Assembly (NCBI GenBank): GCA_037305845.1 | Contig: CP147778.1 | Location: 3,072,001-3,136,000 of the forward strand | DNA: 64,000 nt | Origin: Candidatus Freyarchaeum deiterrae | Lineage (GTDB): Archaea > Asgardarchaeota > Jordiarchaeia > Jordiarchaeales > Jordiarchaeaceae | Direction: 5' to 3' | Part shown: positions 49,217 to 59,445 of the stretch, one piece after another | Layout: each line of letters opens with the position of its first letter | Position numbering within the stretch: the first letter of the stretch is position 1 | Translations under genes and position numbers: made by a program | Notes under the pieces: model-generated | What the model was told of the DNA's origin: nothing | Databases searched by the model: none | The model's input: only the letters and a program-made list of their open reading frames with translations

Positions 49217-49322
49217 CTATATGACCTGTGGTTTGAATTCTCCAAATACCTCCCTTTACACTTCGCACATTTCTCCAAGTGTTGCGTAGGCTTTAACCGT
49301 CTCTATTAGGGTTAGCATTAGA
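49217..49322 (-). pseudogene. Duplicated 3' stub of methylmalonyl-CoA mutase gene
   Basis: Translates [33 protein letters not shown], matching 49845-49950. Confidence 0.9.
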
Positions 49323-49466
49323 AAGGTTTCTGAAGAAGTTGTGGTTTTTTTCGAAGGAGGATTCTCATAGATATTCTCCAATTCAGAAAGGCTTATGAAA
49401 GGTTAAACTCAATTGAAAACTTATACTGGGAAACTCTTGGAATAACAAAAAAGAAGGTGGTAATCT

Positions 49467-49673
49467 ATTAGTGAAATTAGAAAATGTCCTAAATGCGGTG
49501 GAGAACTTGAAGAAGGGTTCATAATTTGTTCGCATGGTATTTATTGGGATATCAAGAAACACCAACTTGCAGCACGCGCTTCGGATGTAATAGTACCTTT
49601 GGGATGGTGGACTGCGCGGAACACTCTAAGCTTGAGATGCAGGAAATGCAGACTTATTCTATTTAACTATTGA
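49467..49673 (+). CDS. Small Zn-ribbon protein, copy 2 (ATT start or start-less pseudogene; not in ORF track)
   Basis: (I)SEIRKCPKCGGELEEG...CRKCRLILFNY*; same 207-nt length as copy 1; in-frame TAA two codons upstream. Confidence 0.7.
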   Translation: MSEIRKCPKCGGELEEGFIICSHGIYWDIKKHQLAARASDVIVPLGWWTARNTLSLRCRKCRLILFNY

Positions 49674-49844
49674 AGTGGATGTTAATCCCTGAATAAGAAC
49701 TAAATTAGAAAATTTACTAGTGTAACGTAGAAGTTGAACTAAAGTCGATTACAGCCTTATTATGTGGTATCCTTCAAAAAGAAATACGAAATCTAATTGA
49801 GCAAGGGTTATATCATTTTTTTCTCTTCCATTGTAAGATTGCGG

Positions 49845-51920
49845 TCATATAACTTGTGGTTTGAATTCTCCAAATACTTCCCTTAACACTTCGCATATTT
49901 CTCCAAGTGTGGAATAGGCTTTAACTGTCTCTATTAGAGTTGGCATAAGATTATGTTTTTCATCTTCGGCTTCTTTTCGCAGTTTTTCAAGAAGGCTTTT
50001 AACAAGCTTGTTATCTCGTTTAGCTTTGATTTTTTGTAGGTTTGAAATCGCCTCTTTCTCAATCTGGGGGTCAATTTTTTGTAGGGTGAGCTTTGGTTCT
50101 TCTTCGGTTTGAAACTTGTTCAGACCTACGATGATTTTCTCGTTTCTTTCCACTTCCTTCTGGAACTTGTAGGCCATTGCAGCTATTTCCTTCTGGACGT
50201 ATCCCTTCTCTATGGCTTTCACCATTCCTCCCATCTCATCGATATCTTTGATGTACTGGGTAGCTGCGTCTTCCAGTTTGTCTGTTAGGGTTTCTGCGAA
50301 GTACGATCCGCCAAGAGGGTCTATGGTGTTGGTAACCCCGTTCTCGTAGGCTAGTACCTGTTGGGTTCTTAGCGCTATTGTTACCGATTCTTCGGTTGGG
50401 AGGGCTAGGGCTTCGTCTCTGCTGTTGGTGTGCAATGATTGGGTTCCTCCCAGTACCGCCGCCAATGCTTGGATCGCTACCCTTATGATGTTGTTCTCGG
50501 GTTGCTGGGCGGTTAGGGTTGATCCGGCGGTTTGAGTGTGGAATCTCAGTTGCATGGAGTTTTCGTCCTTGGCCTTGAATCGATTCCTCATTATCTTGGC
50601 CCAGAGTCTCCTCGCAGCTCTGAATTTTGCGACCTCTTCAAAGAAGTCGTTGTGAGAACTGAAAAAGAAGGACAGTCTTCCCGCGAACTGGTCTACATCT
50701 AATCCTCTCTTCAGAACCGCGTTCACGTAAGATATGCCGTTAGCTAGAGTGAATGCTACCTCCTGTATGGCGTTTGAACCAGCTTCTCTTATGTGGTATC
50801 CTGAGATGGATATGGGATTCCATCGGGGCATATTTTTTGAGCAATACTCTATCACATCAGAAACTAGCCGCATGGAGGGCTCTGGGGGGAAAATGTATGT
50901 TCCTCGGGCGACGTACTCTTTCAGAATATCGTTCTGCACGGTGCCTGAGAGTTTTGAGACATCCACTCCCTGCTTCTGGGCAACCGCAATATACATGGCT
51001 AGTATGATTGCAGTGGGAGAGTTAATAGTCATAGATGTGCTGACCTTATCTAACGGTATTCCCTCAAACAGAGTTTCCATATCCTTCAGAGTGTCTATGA
51101 TTACACCCACTCTACCAACTTCTCCCCGGGCCAAAGAGTGGTCGGAATCATAGCCCATCTGTGTGGGGAGGTCGAAAGCTACGCTGAGACCAGTCTGTCC
51201 CTGCTCAATGAGATATTTGAATCTACGGTTGGTTTCCTTCGCGGAGGCGAATCCAGCATACTGCCGCATGGTCCATAAGCGTCCCCTATACATGGTGGGG
51301 TAAACGCCTCTGGTGAAAGGATATTCTCCGGGTAATCCCAGCACTTCAGAATAGCTTTTTCTAACTTGGTCAAGTGGAGTGTAGATTCTCTTCTCTTCTA
51401 TTTCCGACGCTGAGGAGTACTTTTTTTCACGTTCCGGATTCTTTTCTAAAAACTTTTTGAGCTTTCCTTCCTCCCATTTCTTAAGCTCTTGCTCCAAGCT
51501 TTCCTTATTATCTTCATTTTCTTTTTCGTCCAATTTACTAGCACTCTCGCTATCCAATTTAAAAATGATGCCAAAAGACGGCTTTCCCTCGGAGTCCACC
51601 GATACCTGACCGTAAGTCGGTTTAACTCTCATTCCTATCTCTACTTTTTCCTTTTCGGATATCTGCCCAAAGGCTCTAATCCCGTTATCAAATTCTACTA
51701 TTCCAAAAACATATGGAGGTTCACCTTTTAGGGTTTCAGGGAGAGCGTAAAGCTTTGTAAAGGTTATGACCGTGCCTCTGTCTAAGGGTTCAGGGTAAAT
51801 ATTCTCAAATTCTGAGGACCTACATTTAATACATCTCACCCTTCCTGGGAACTGAATTTTTCCGCATCTTTTACATTTGATCCGCAGTAATTCTGCCATT
51901 ATTTTCTCCTTTTCCTCCAT
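49845..51920 (-). CDS. Methylmalonyl-CoA mutase substrate-binding subunit with N-terminal DUF35 (Zn-ribbon + OB-fold) fusion
   Basis: CKRCG..QFPGR..CIKC + OB fold; then [40 protein letters not shown]; no B12-binding domain. Confidence 0.92.
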   Translation of the reverse strand: MEEKEKIMAELLRIKCKRCGKIQFPGRVRCIKCRSSEFENIYPEPLDRGTVITFTKLYALPETLKGEPPYVFGIVEFDNGIRAFGQISEKEKVEIGMRVKPTYGQVSVDSEGKPSFGIIFKLDSESASKLDEKENEDNKESLEQELKKWEEGKLKKFLEKNPEREKKYSSASEIEEKRIYTPLDQVRKSYSEVLGLPGEYPFTRGVYPTMYRGRLWTMRQYAGFASAKETNRRFKYLIEQGQTGLSVAFDLPTQMGYDSDHSLARGEVGRVGVIIDTLKDMETLFEGIPLDKVSTSMTINSPTAIILAMYIAVAQKQGVDVSKLSGTVQNDILKEYVARGTYIFPPEPSMRLVSDVIEYCSKNMPRWNPISISGYHIREAGSNAIQEVAFTLANGISYVNAVLKRGLDVDQFAGRLSFFFSSHNDFFEEVAKFRAARRLWAKIMRNRFKAKDENSMQLRFHTQTAGSTLTAQQPENNIIRVAIQALAAVLGGTQSLHTNSRDEALALPTEESVTIALRTQQVLAYENGVTNTIDPLGGSYFAETLTDKLEDAATQYIKDIDEMGGMVKAIEKGYVQKEIAAMAYKFQKEVERNEKIIVGLNKFQTEEEPKLTLQKIDPQIEKEAISNLQKIKAKRDNKLVKSLLEKLRKEAEDEKHNLMPTLIETVKAYSTLGEICEVLREVFGEFKPQVI

Positions 51921-52138
51921 TCGAGAATCACCCTTCAATTTTATGCGTGCACTAATCCACTTTTGGTGGACAATTCAAATATATAAATCATTTCAATGGT
52001 TTTAAATCAAGCCCAATTTTTAATTTTAATCTTTTTGGTGAGAAATATCTAGAAATGCACAAAGACTTGAAATAGTGTACTTTTTTCCTATTAGAACCCT
52101 TTAAAGATACTTCAAATAATAGTCTATTGGTCATAGGA

Positions 52139-52331
52139 ATGCAGTTCGTCGTAGTAGTTATAGAGCCTGACGTAGAGAGAGAGAAAGGGTTACGTGGCTT
52201 TCTATCTCACGCTTCCCAGATGCTTCTCTCAGGTAGATACAAGAGAGGAAGCTTTGGCGAACATCAAGGGAGCCAGAGAAGCTTATATCGAGAGCCTTAA
52301 GAAGGACGGATTGCCAACATTAAAAAAATAA
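52139..52331 (+). pseudogene. HicB-family antitoxin, frameshifted
   Basis: MQFVVVVIEPD / GYVAFYLTLPRCFSQVDTREEALANIKGAREAYIESLKKDGLP; shift near the AG repeat at 52174-52184. Confidence 0.8.
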
Positions 52332-52344
52332 AATCTAGGGAAAA

Positions 52345-53214
52345 GTGGCTCTGTTGAAAGTTTTAATAATTTATTTCTCTCAAACTGGCGGAACTGAAAA
52401 AATAGCTGAAATGGTCCAAAGAGGCATTCTGAAAAGTGGTAATAACTGCGAAATTGCCCGAATTAAAAATGTAAATATGAAAAGGTTAAAGGCTTTTGAT
52501 TTAATTGGCATCGGCACCCCAACCTTCTTTTACAGGGAACCAGTTAATGTTAAGAATTTTATCCAAAAAATCGATATTATGAACGGGAAACACTGCTTTA
52601 TTTTATCGACACATGGCAGTATAATAGGAAATACCCTATACTACATGAAAGAGGAATTAAGCGAAAGAGGCTTTTTGGTAATAGGTTCGTTTGATTCGTA
52701 TTCCAGCACTTCCCTTCAATTTTATCCAAAAATTATGCATACTGCTAATCATCCTGATGAAATTGAACTTGAAGAGGCAGAAAAATTCGGGGAAAAAATA
52801 TGCGATATTAGTTCAAGAATTAAGAAAGGGGAATCGGAATTGATCCCAGAGTTTGAATTAATTGACACCACTTGGTGGGCGAATGATTCAAAAAAGGCGA
52901 CACCAGAATCATTAAGAAATTTTTCTCCCAAATTAAAAATAAACCTCGATAAATGCACAAAGTGTTTAGCATGCCAAGAAAACTGCCCCGTAAACGCAAT
53001 TAATGTAGAAGCCAACCCTCCCGAAATTCAAAATGAGGGATGCATTTTTTGCTGGTTCTGTGAAAAGTTGTGCCCCGTTGGAGCAATTGAAGCGGACTGG
53101 TCTTTAATGAAAAAGATAGTGAAACCTAACTTGAAAAAATATATTGAGATTTTAAAACAAGCAGAAAGAGAAGGAAAATTCAGACCTTACGTTGATTACG
53201 AAAAAATATATTAA
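52345..53214 (+). CDS. Flavodoxin-ferredoxin fusion (EFR1-like)
   Basis: YFSQTGGTEKIA flavodoxin motif; two CxxCxxCxxxCP motifs. Confidence 0.9.
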   Translation: MALLKVLIIYFSQTGGTEKIAEMVQRGILKSGNNCEIARIKNVNMKRLKAFDLIGIGTPTFFYREPVNVKNFIQKIDIMNGKHCFILSTHGSIIGNTLYYMKEELSERGFLVIGSFDSYSSTSLQFYPKIMHTANHPDEIELEEAEKFGEKICDISSRIKKGESELIPEFELIDTTWWANDSKKATPESLRNFSPKLKINLDKCTKCLACQENCPVNAINVEANPPEIQNEGCIFCWFCEKLCPVGAIEADWSLMKKIVKPNLKKYIEILKQAEREGKFRPYVDYEKIY

Positions 53215-53320
53215 AATAAATCATTCTCCAGAGTCTACGTTATCCAGTGAGTGGAGTAAACGCTTCTCAATAAAAAAAGAAGAAAAAGGATTGGAGCGAT
53301 TTTACTTGGTACTCGCATCA

Positions 53321-53515
53321 TTATGTTTGTCCTTTTATTTGCTTTAGTTTCTCTTCTACGCCCGTAAGCTCTTTTTGTAACTGCTTCTTGTAGCTTTCTA
53401 GTATCTCTGCCTCTTCCTCAGAAGTCATGAATCGTCTCATTCCTAAACAACCACAACCACCATATTCAGACTTTACTAATTTGCGAGATTGTGCTCCTGT
53501 AAAACATTCACACAT
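53321..53515 (-). CDS. Small Cys-rich coiled-coil protein (DUF5320-like)
   Basis: GCGC...RRF.T.EEE.E.LE.YK..L.KEL.GVEE; GGAGG RBS. Confidence 0.7.
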   Translation of the reverse strand: MCECFTGAQSRKLVKSEYGGCGCLGMRRFMTSEEEAEILESYKKQLQKELTGVEEKLKQIKGQT

Positions 53516-53622
53516 TTTTTTATCGCCTCCTATACTTTATTCTTAATAGTAGATATAGATAGTAAAGTATTTAAACTATCAAGTTTATAGTAATATAGAA
53601 AGTTAAAAAAAGGTTACATACT

Positions 53623-54027
53623 ATGCAAAGAGAAAGTAAGAATCAGTGTACCAATCATTGTACCGATAGAAACGACGGAAAAAATGAAATTTGTTTTTGC
53701 CCAATTGAAGGTATCATAAACACTATCAGCAAAAAATGGGCACTACAAATCATTGCCACAATAGGCAATAATAAAAAATTAAGATTCAACAAAATTATGG
53801 AAATCTTAGGAAATATAAGCCCAAAAGCATTAACAGATAAATTAAAAGAATTAGAAAAAGCAGGATTAATAAGAAAGGAAATTTTTGCAGAAATACCACC
53901 CAGAGTAGAATACTCATTAACTCAGGATGGATTCGAACTTAGAGACTCAATTATGCCATTAATGGAATGGGCTTCCAAAAAAGAAAACATGAAGTGCAAC
54001 CATAAATGTGAAATACTCCCAGATTAA
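53623..54027 (+). CDS. HxlR-family winged-helix regulator
   Basis: CP......ISKKW, LRFN, ISPKAL..KLKELE, EIPPRVEYSLT. Confidence 0.93.
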   Translation: MQRESKNQCTNHCTDRNDGKNEICFCPIEGIINTISKKWALQIIATIGNNKKLRFNKIMEILGNISPKALTDKLKELEKAGLIRKEIFAEIPPRVEYSLTQDGFELRDSIMPLMEWASKKENMKCNHKCEILPD

Positions 54028-54522
54028 GCATGAAGTGTTCCTGTGGGGGAGAAGATTAGTATTTTTTAGAAACCACAAAAAATTATCTCTTCTTGTTTTC
54101 ACATTTTGGTAGGACTGCGTTCCACTGCTTCTCAAGACTTTCATTTGCGCCGTAAACACAGTTTTCTTCCAACCACTGCACGACAATTAAAGATTGAGTC
54201 TCCCGACGAAGTAGAAAAAGTATATAAATTTTTTAATTGCGTTTAATTACAGCGAGTTTGTTTCTAAAAGGGAAAGCGAAAAATAGTGTCGAGCTTTGGT
54301 AAAAGCACTCTTGGCTCATTCAACTACAAATGAAACAAAATAAGATGAACTGAGAAATCATCAAGCCCATTGTGTTCAATATTTCAATTTGTTTGAAAAC
54401 TAACAATTTTTAGGCACCTCATCAACCCCTAGTCCCTGAATTCTAGCTTCGCTCCAAATTTGTGTTTATTCTTGTACAGCTCGCAAAAATTAACCTTTTC
54501 TGTAAATTAGGAAGGTGAAAAA

Positions 54523-54834
54523 ATGAAAATTGGAGCTAATCTAAATACTCTAATTGTTTTTTTGTCCGTCGTAGGTGTCTTAAACCTAATTGATTTGGTG
54601 GAAACTAATTTTGCTTTATCAAATGGATTTGTAGAGTTGAACCCAATAATGGCGTGGATGTACGGTAATAATTTGATGACAGTCTTTAAAATATTGATGG
54701 TAACTATCCAACTTCTAGTTACCTATAAATTATTCAAAATGGGAAGCGAAAAACTATCAATAGGGATTACTGTAGGTAGCATAGCCTATTATGCATTTAT
54801 TGTTGTGTCAAATTTTGTCCATTTAATAGGCTAA
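54523..54834 (+). CDS. Small membrane protein (DUF5658-like)
   Basis: LN..D...T...L..G..ELNPIM; three hydrophobic helices; GGTGA RBS. Confidence 0.75.
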   Translation: MKIGANLNTLIVFLSVVGVLNLIDLVETNFALSNGFVELNPIMAWMYGNNLMTVFKILMVTIQLLVTYKLFKMGSEKLSIGITVGSIAYYAFIVVSNFVHLIG

Positions 54835-54987
54835 AAATCTACAATTACATACTCCCCACTAAAGGGTAGGAGATTCTACACTTCTACGATAGTTGTCTGA
54901 CTTGAAAACAAATCTTAATTAAGATTAAAAATATAATCGTTTAAAAAAATTATAATAAATGTAAAAAAGAGAGGGGAAGGGTTGTAC

Positions 54988-55941
54988 TTATTTCAGGACG
55001 TTCATTATTATTCCTGCTAATTCTTCACCTTTTGGAGCTTTTTTTACTAGCTCTTTTAGTTTAGGCCCTATTTCTTCAGGCTTCCAGTATCCTGGTGGAC
55101 TGCGTTTAACCGCCTCGCTGGACTTCCAGCTTTGCATTACCCACAGGTTTCCGCCAACCACCCTGATCACCTGGCCGGTTATGTCTTTGGCGTCATCCGA
55201 AGCCAGATAAACGACTAGGGGTGCCATAGCTTCCGGTCCTAGGGGGTCGTATCCGTATCTTTTTTCAAAGTCCTCCTTGGTTCCCATCAGGGGTGCCATG
55301 GATGGAGTGGCCTCGGTTGTTAAACGGGTTCTAGCTACTGGTACTATCACGTTCGCTGTTACTCCGTATTTTACCATTTCTTTGGCTGCGATGAGTGTGA
55401 AGGACGTTATCCCTGCTTTTGCGGCTCCGTAGTTGCTCTGACCGGGATTGTAGAGTAACCCTGCATCAGAGGTGGTGCTTATCAGTCTCCCTGCGACTGG
55501 TTTTCCCTCTTTTGATTCAGCTCTCCAATAGTTGCAGGCGTGTCTGGTGCAGTTGAAAGTTCCCTTTAAGTGAACCGCTATAACAGAGTCGAACTCCTCC
55601 TCTTCCATGTTGAAAATCATCTTGTCCCTGAGAATTCCCGCATTGTTAACCAGAATATCCAGCCTACCGAATGTGCTTATAGCTTGGTCTATTATATTCT
55701 TTGCACCCTGAAAGCTGGTAACGCTCTCATAGTTTGATGCAGCCTGACCTTTCATCTTCTTGATCTCTTTAACCACATCGTCCGCTGGTCCCTGGAACTC
55801 ACCCTTTCCATCGTGACTTCCACCCATATCGTTAACAATCACTTTTGCCCCGTGCTTTGCGAGTAGTAAGGCTTCTTCTCTGCCTAACCCTCTTCCAGCA
55901 CCGGTTACTATAGCTACCTTTCCTTTAAGTGATATCGACAT
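54988..55941 (-). CDS. SDR oxidoreductase (3-hydroxyacyl-CoA dehydrogenase-like)
   Basis: TGAGRGLG, VNNAGILRD, NYGAAK. Confidence 0.93.
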   Translation of the reverse strand: MSISLKGKVAIVTGAGRGLGREEALLLAKHGAKVIVNDMGGSHDGKGEFQGPADDVVKEIKKMKGQAASNYESVTSFQGAKNIIDQAISTFGRLDILVNNAGILRDKMIFNMEEEEFDSVIAVHLKGTFNCTRHACNYWRAESKEGKPVAGRLISTTSDAGLLYNPGQSNYGAAKAGITSFTLIAAKEMVKYGVTANVIVPVARTRLTTEATPSMAPLMGTKEDFEKRYGYDPLGPEAMAPLVVYLASDDAKDITGQVIRVVGGNLWVMQSWKSSEAVKRSPPGYWKPEEIGPKLKELVKKAPKGEELAGIIMNVLK

Positions 55942-56071
55942 TTTATATCACCCCAAAAAACTGACTACTAATGAATCGATTAAGATTTAGTAAACAAATT
56001 CATAAGCATTTCGTTTCCCATCAAGCACCATTAATCTGGCATATAATATTTTTCGAAGATAATGATTGTCT

Positions 56072-56230
56072 CTAAAAAATGCGTACCACAATGTTGTCGC
56101 CAAACCCGGCTGAAACTAACCTGCAACACTGTTTCAGAACCGACACTTGGAGTTTATATGCTCTCCACTCAACGGTCATTGTGGTCTCTACCGCCTTAAG
56201 CCACACCGGTCTGAGCACACCTAAAGGCGG
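56072..56230 (-). pseudogene. Degenerate 3' stub of the thiolase-like gene
   Basis: DNA aligns by eye to 57378-57520; AVETT...QVS...GFGDNIVVRIF vs AVEIT...QVS...GFGNNIVVHIF. Confidence 0.8.
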
Positions 56231-56399
56231 TTTGAGTGAAAGCCTTTCCGAAATGGAAAAGAAATAGTTATGTAGCCTCAATACATAATGATAATATTTT
56301 TATGCTAAAAATTACATATATACTTCTAACAACGCTATAAGACCGCTTAGAGCTATAACACAGTTGTAGCTAGAATAATGGCAAGTGAGGAACAGCAAA

Positions 56400-57104
56400 G
56401 TGTCAGAAATTAGAATTTCCGATTTTAAAATGTTAGGGAAAGCTTCACACGAAATACCCCCTCCTGGACCCCTAACAGCGATAATCATAAGCGGGCTAAC
56501 AGAAATAGAAAAAACGTTCGGCCCAGTATTCACAGCCAAATTCATAAAGTACGCTCTACAATTTGAAGCTCAAAAAATCGGAGAAAAAACAGACAAGGAT
56601 ATTAAAACCTTGAACCAGTTAGAAGAGTATTTAATTTCAAAATCTTATAAATACCCCTCTCCGTACTGCTCAATTCTTTACGCCCAGTACAAGACTGAAA
56701 ACGAGTTCCAGGGGCAAACTGGAGCATGGACTCGGGTTGGGCACCTAGGTGCCATTAGAGGCATGTCGGAAACTGTGAATTCTATAAATAGGAACGTTGA
56801 CGTGGACAGTATATTATCAAAGCTTAGCCAGGTCCTGAATGAATTGAAGCTAAGTCCCCGTGAGTGGGGATATAAACAAAAAGGAGACGGAAGTGTAGAC
56901 TTACTACTGCGAAAGTGCTACTTTTTGGACGCATGCAGACAAGCTTATGATGAGAAGGTGTTAAAGAGGCCTGACCGGAGATTGGCATGTAGTATCGCCT
57001 TTTCTGTGGCCGAAGATTTTAAAATAGCTACTGGCTATGAATGGGACTATACCCTATTAAAATTCAATAAGCCACATTGTATAGCGCATTGTTATGTGCT
57101 CTAA
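56400..57104 (+). CDS. Stand-alone V4R-like protein, paralog A
   Basis: CYF.DAC...C...YEWDY...HC; GTG start after GTGAGG; collinear with 59446. Confidence 0.7.
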   Translation: MSEIRISDFKMLGKASHEIPPPGPLTAIIISGLTEIEKTFGPVFTAKFIKYALQFEAQKIGEKTDKDIKTLNQLEEYLISKSYKYPSPYCSILYAQYKTENEFQGQTGAWTRVGHLGAIRGMSETVNSINRNVDVDSILSKLSQVLNELKLSPREWGYKQKGDGSVDLLLRKCYFLDACRQAYDEKVLKRPDRRLACSIAFSVAEDFKIATGYEWDYTLLKFNKPHCIAHCYVL

Positions 57105-57377
57105 TCACCGGACATATTCCTATAGAAGCTTCCCCATGAAAAACCAAAATATTTTTTATTTTTTCGACTCATTTTCCAAAAATTCTTAACAAATCTAAAA
57201 AAACCAGAATACCCCTGAAAGGAACTAGGAGTCTAGTTAAGACCTTTTATGACCCGCTCTCTGATACTTTTTTTTGAATGCTTCAGATTCTTGTTTTTTC
57301 AAGTAAAGCCTTTTGTTCCAGATTTTTTAGACTTGTAAGAGTGACTGAGCAATTTCGACCCATTGGTGATTATTGGT

Positions 57378-58535
57378 TCATCTTTGGAAAATGTGCACCA
57401 CAATATTGTTGCCAAAGCCCCCGAAATTAACGGACAATGCTGTTTCTGCACCGGACACTTGGCGTTTATCTGCTTCTCCCCTCAACTGCCATGTGATTTC
57501 TACTGCCTGAGCCACACCGGTAGCCCCTACAGGGTGCCCCCTTGCCTTTAACCCCCCACTGGGGTTTATGGGGAGTTCACCCTCAAGGCCGGTTTTGCCT
57601 TCCTCCACTGCTTTTGCCCCTTCTCCTTTTTTGAAGAATCCCACATCCTCGGATTGAATTATTTCTAATATGGTGAAGGCGTCGTGCAGCTCCGCGAAAT
57701 TGATATCTTTCGGTTTGATTTTTGCCATGGTGTAGGCTTTTTCTGAGGCTTTTCTCAAAGCTTCTAAAACAGTGGGGTCATCGCGTTCGGCAACTATTTG
57801 AACATCTGTAGCCTGTCCAACTCCTTTAATCAGTACCGGTGTGTCACTGTACTGCTTCGCCTTCTCAGCCGGGCAGAGCACTAGGGAAGCCGCGCCGTCG
57901 CTTACCGGACAAACATCATATAGGCGGAGCGGATCTGCAACAATCGGTGAAGCTAATGCCTTCTCGAGTGTTATTTCCCTCTGAAAGTGAGCGAAGGGAT
58001 TGAGAGCTCCATTTTTGTGATTTTTAACCGCTACTAGGGAAAGTGACTCGCGTTTGACGTTGTATTTTTTCAGATACAACCGGGCTAGAAGCCCACCTAA
58101 AGAGGGTAGTGTGACACCATACTTATATTCGGCACTTTGGTGTGTTAGGGTTGCCACGGCGGAGCTAACACGGGGATTCGGCAAAGAGGTCATTTTCTCA
58201 ACCCCGGTAACCAGCACGAGATCGGAAACTCCGGACGCAACTGCTTGAAAACCCTCCTTGATCGCCGAGCCCCCACTAGCGGGGCCGTTCTCAATCTTAT
58301 CCGCGGCTGCCGGCATCAAATTAATTCGATCCGCAAGGACGCTCGCGATTCCCGTTATTTTATTAAACTCACCAGAAAACATGTTACCCACATAAACCGC
58401 GTCGAAATCACTTTCAGAGGCGTTAGCGTCAGAAATAGCCTTCAGAGAAGACTCCACCATCAGGTCAGTGAGAGACTTGTCTTCCAACTGCCCAAACCGT
58501 GTCATACCACAACCAATAATAGCAACACCTTGCAT
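57378..58535 (-). CDS. Thiolase-superfamily protein (SCP-x/archaeal type) lacking the nucleophilic Cys
   Basis: GVEKM, VKNH, SDGAA, ELHDAF, NPSGGL, GHPVGATG; ENGPASGG in place of E..CASG. Confidence 0.9.
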   Translation of the reverse strand: MQGVAIIGCGMTRFGQLEDKSLTDLMVESSLKAISDANASESDFDAVYVGNMFSGEFNKITGIASVLADRINLMPAAADKIENGPASGGSAIKEGFQAVASGVSDLVLVTGVEKMTSLPNPRVSSAVATLTHQSAEYKYGVTLPSLGGLLARLYLKKYNVKRESLSLVAVKNHKNGALNPFAHFQREITLEKALASPIVADPLRLYDVCPVSDGAASLVLCPAEKAKQYSDTPVLIKGVGQATDVQIVAERDDPTVLEALRKASEKAYTMAKIKPKDINFAELHDAFTILEIIQSEDVGFFKKGEGAKAVEEGKTGLEGELPINPSGGLKARGHPVGATGVAQAVEITWQLRGEADKRQVSGAETALSVNFGGFGNNIVVHIFQR

Positions 58536-58730
58536 GTCCAAAACCCTCATAAATTAATAAACTCCGCCAACTCATACAAAACATTAATCATCGAGTATCT
58601 TATTTTTCTGTTATTCTGGTATAAAAGCCTTCTGAAAGTTTTTATGTCTTCAGATTCGCCTTTGAAGCAACTGTACAAGGTTTGCCCTAACCATAATTTT
58701 TTTATATGCAAGCGAATAAATTTTTGTCGC

Positions 58731-59129
58731 ATGTTTGGAGTTAACAAAAAAGGCTATCTAGCCTTTTTAGCAGTATCTTACAGCACCGCTTTTGTCTTTG
58801 AACTTTTAGCAAATACGATAGGTGACGGAAAACTCTTCGAAAACGCAGGATGGCCCTTCATCTTCCTAGGCTGGTACGGTCTAATCTATTCCGCAACATT
58901 CCTTGTCTTTCACAAAAGAGCTTGGTGGCAACCCGTTTTAGCATGGGCGATTCTAGGACCAGTTGTAGAGTACTTTGTCTTCCATAGGCTCAATATAATA
59001 ATAGATCCAATAATTTACGCCGTAATGTTCTTTGTTCCATTCTGGATATATCACAAATATATCACTAAACGATTCGAGAGCAAAGAGTCTTTTGAGCAAT
59101 CCAAACCGAAAAGATGGAATAGTGTTTAG
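58731..59129 (+). CDS. Small membrane protein (about 4 TM helices)
   Basis: Hydrophobic 132-aa 3' part of ORF 58245..59129, from ATG 58731. Confidence 0.7.
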   Translation: MFGVNKKGYLAFLAVSYSTAFVFELLANTIGDGKLFENAGWPFIFLGWYGLIYSATFLVFHKRAWWQPVLAWAILGPVVEYFVFHRLNIIIDPIIYAVMFFVPFWIYHKYITKRFESKESFEQSKPKRWNSV

Positions 59130-59445
59130 CGCCGAATAGTCTCAGTGATAAAAATATACGAAACACTACCCCAAGCCTTTATTCTACTCACTGCCAATTC
59201 ATGTCTTTCTAACAATCCTTACTAAAAAATTCAAAAGTGAAATAGAGCTGGCTACACATTAAGCATTAATCAGACTGCAGGTTATAGCAGACGAAGCTGC
59301 AATTCGAGAATCATATCCTAAAAAACGAAGAGATAATTATGTAATATAGCTACAAAATAGATAAATTTTTATACTTAGCATATAATATTATTATATAGTG
59401 CTATAAAGAGTTTAGTCAGAATAATAGCAAGTGAGGTTTTGGAAA

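Noticed and set aside
58245-58730. 5' half of the 294-aa ORF 58245..59129
   Set aside because: Antisense to the thiolase and its promoter; only the hydrophobic part from ATG 58731 looks like a real protein
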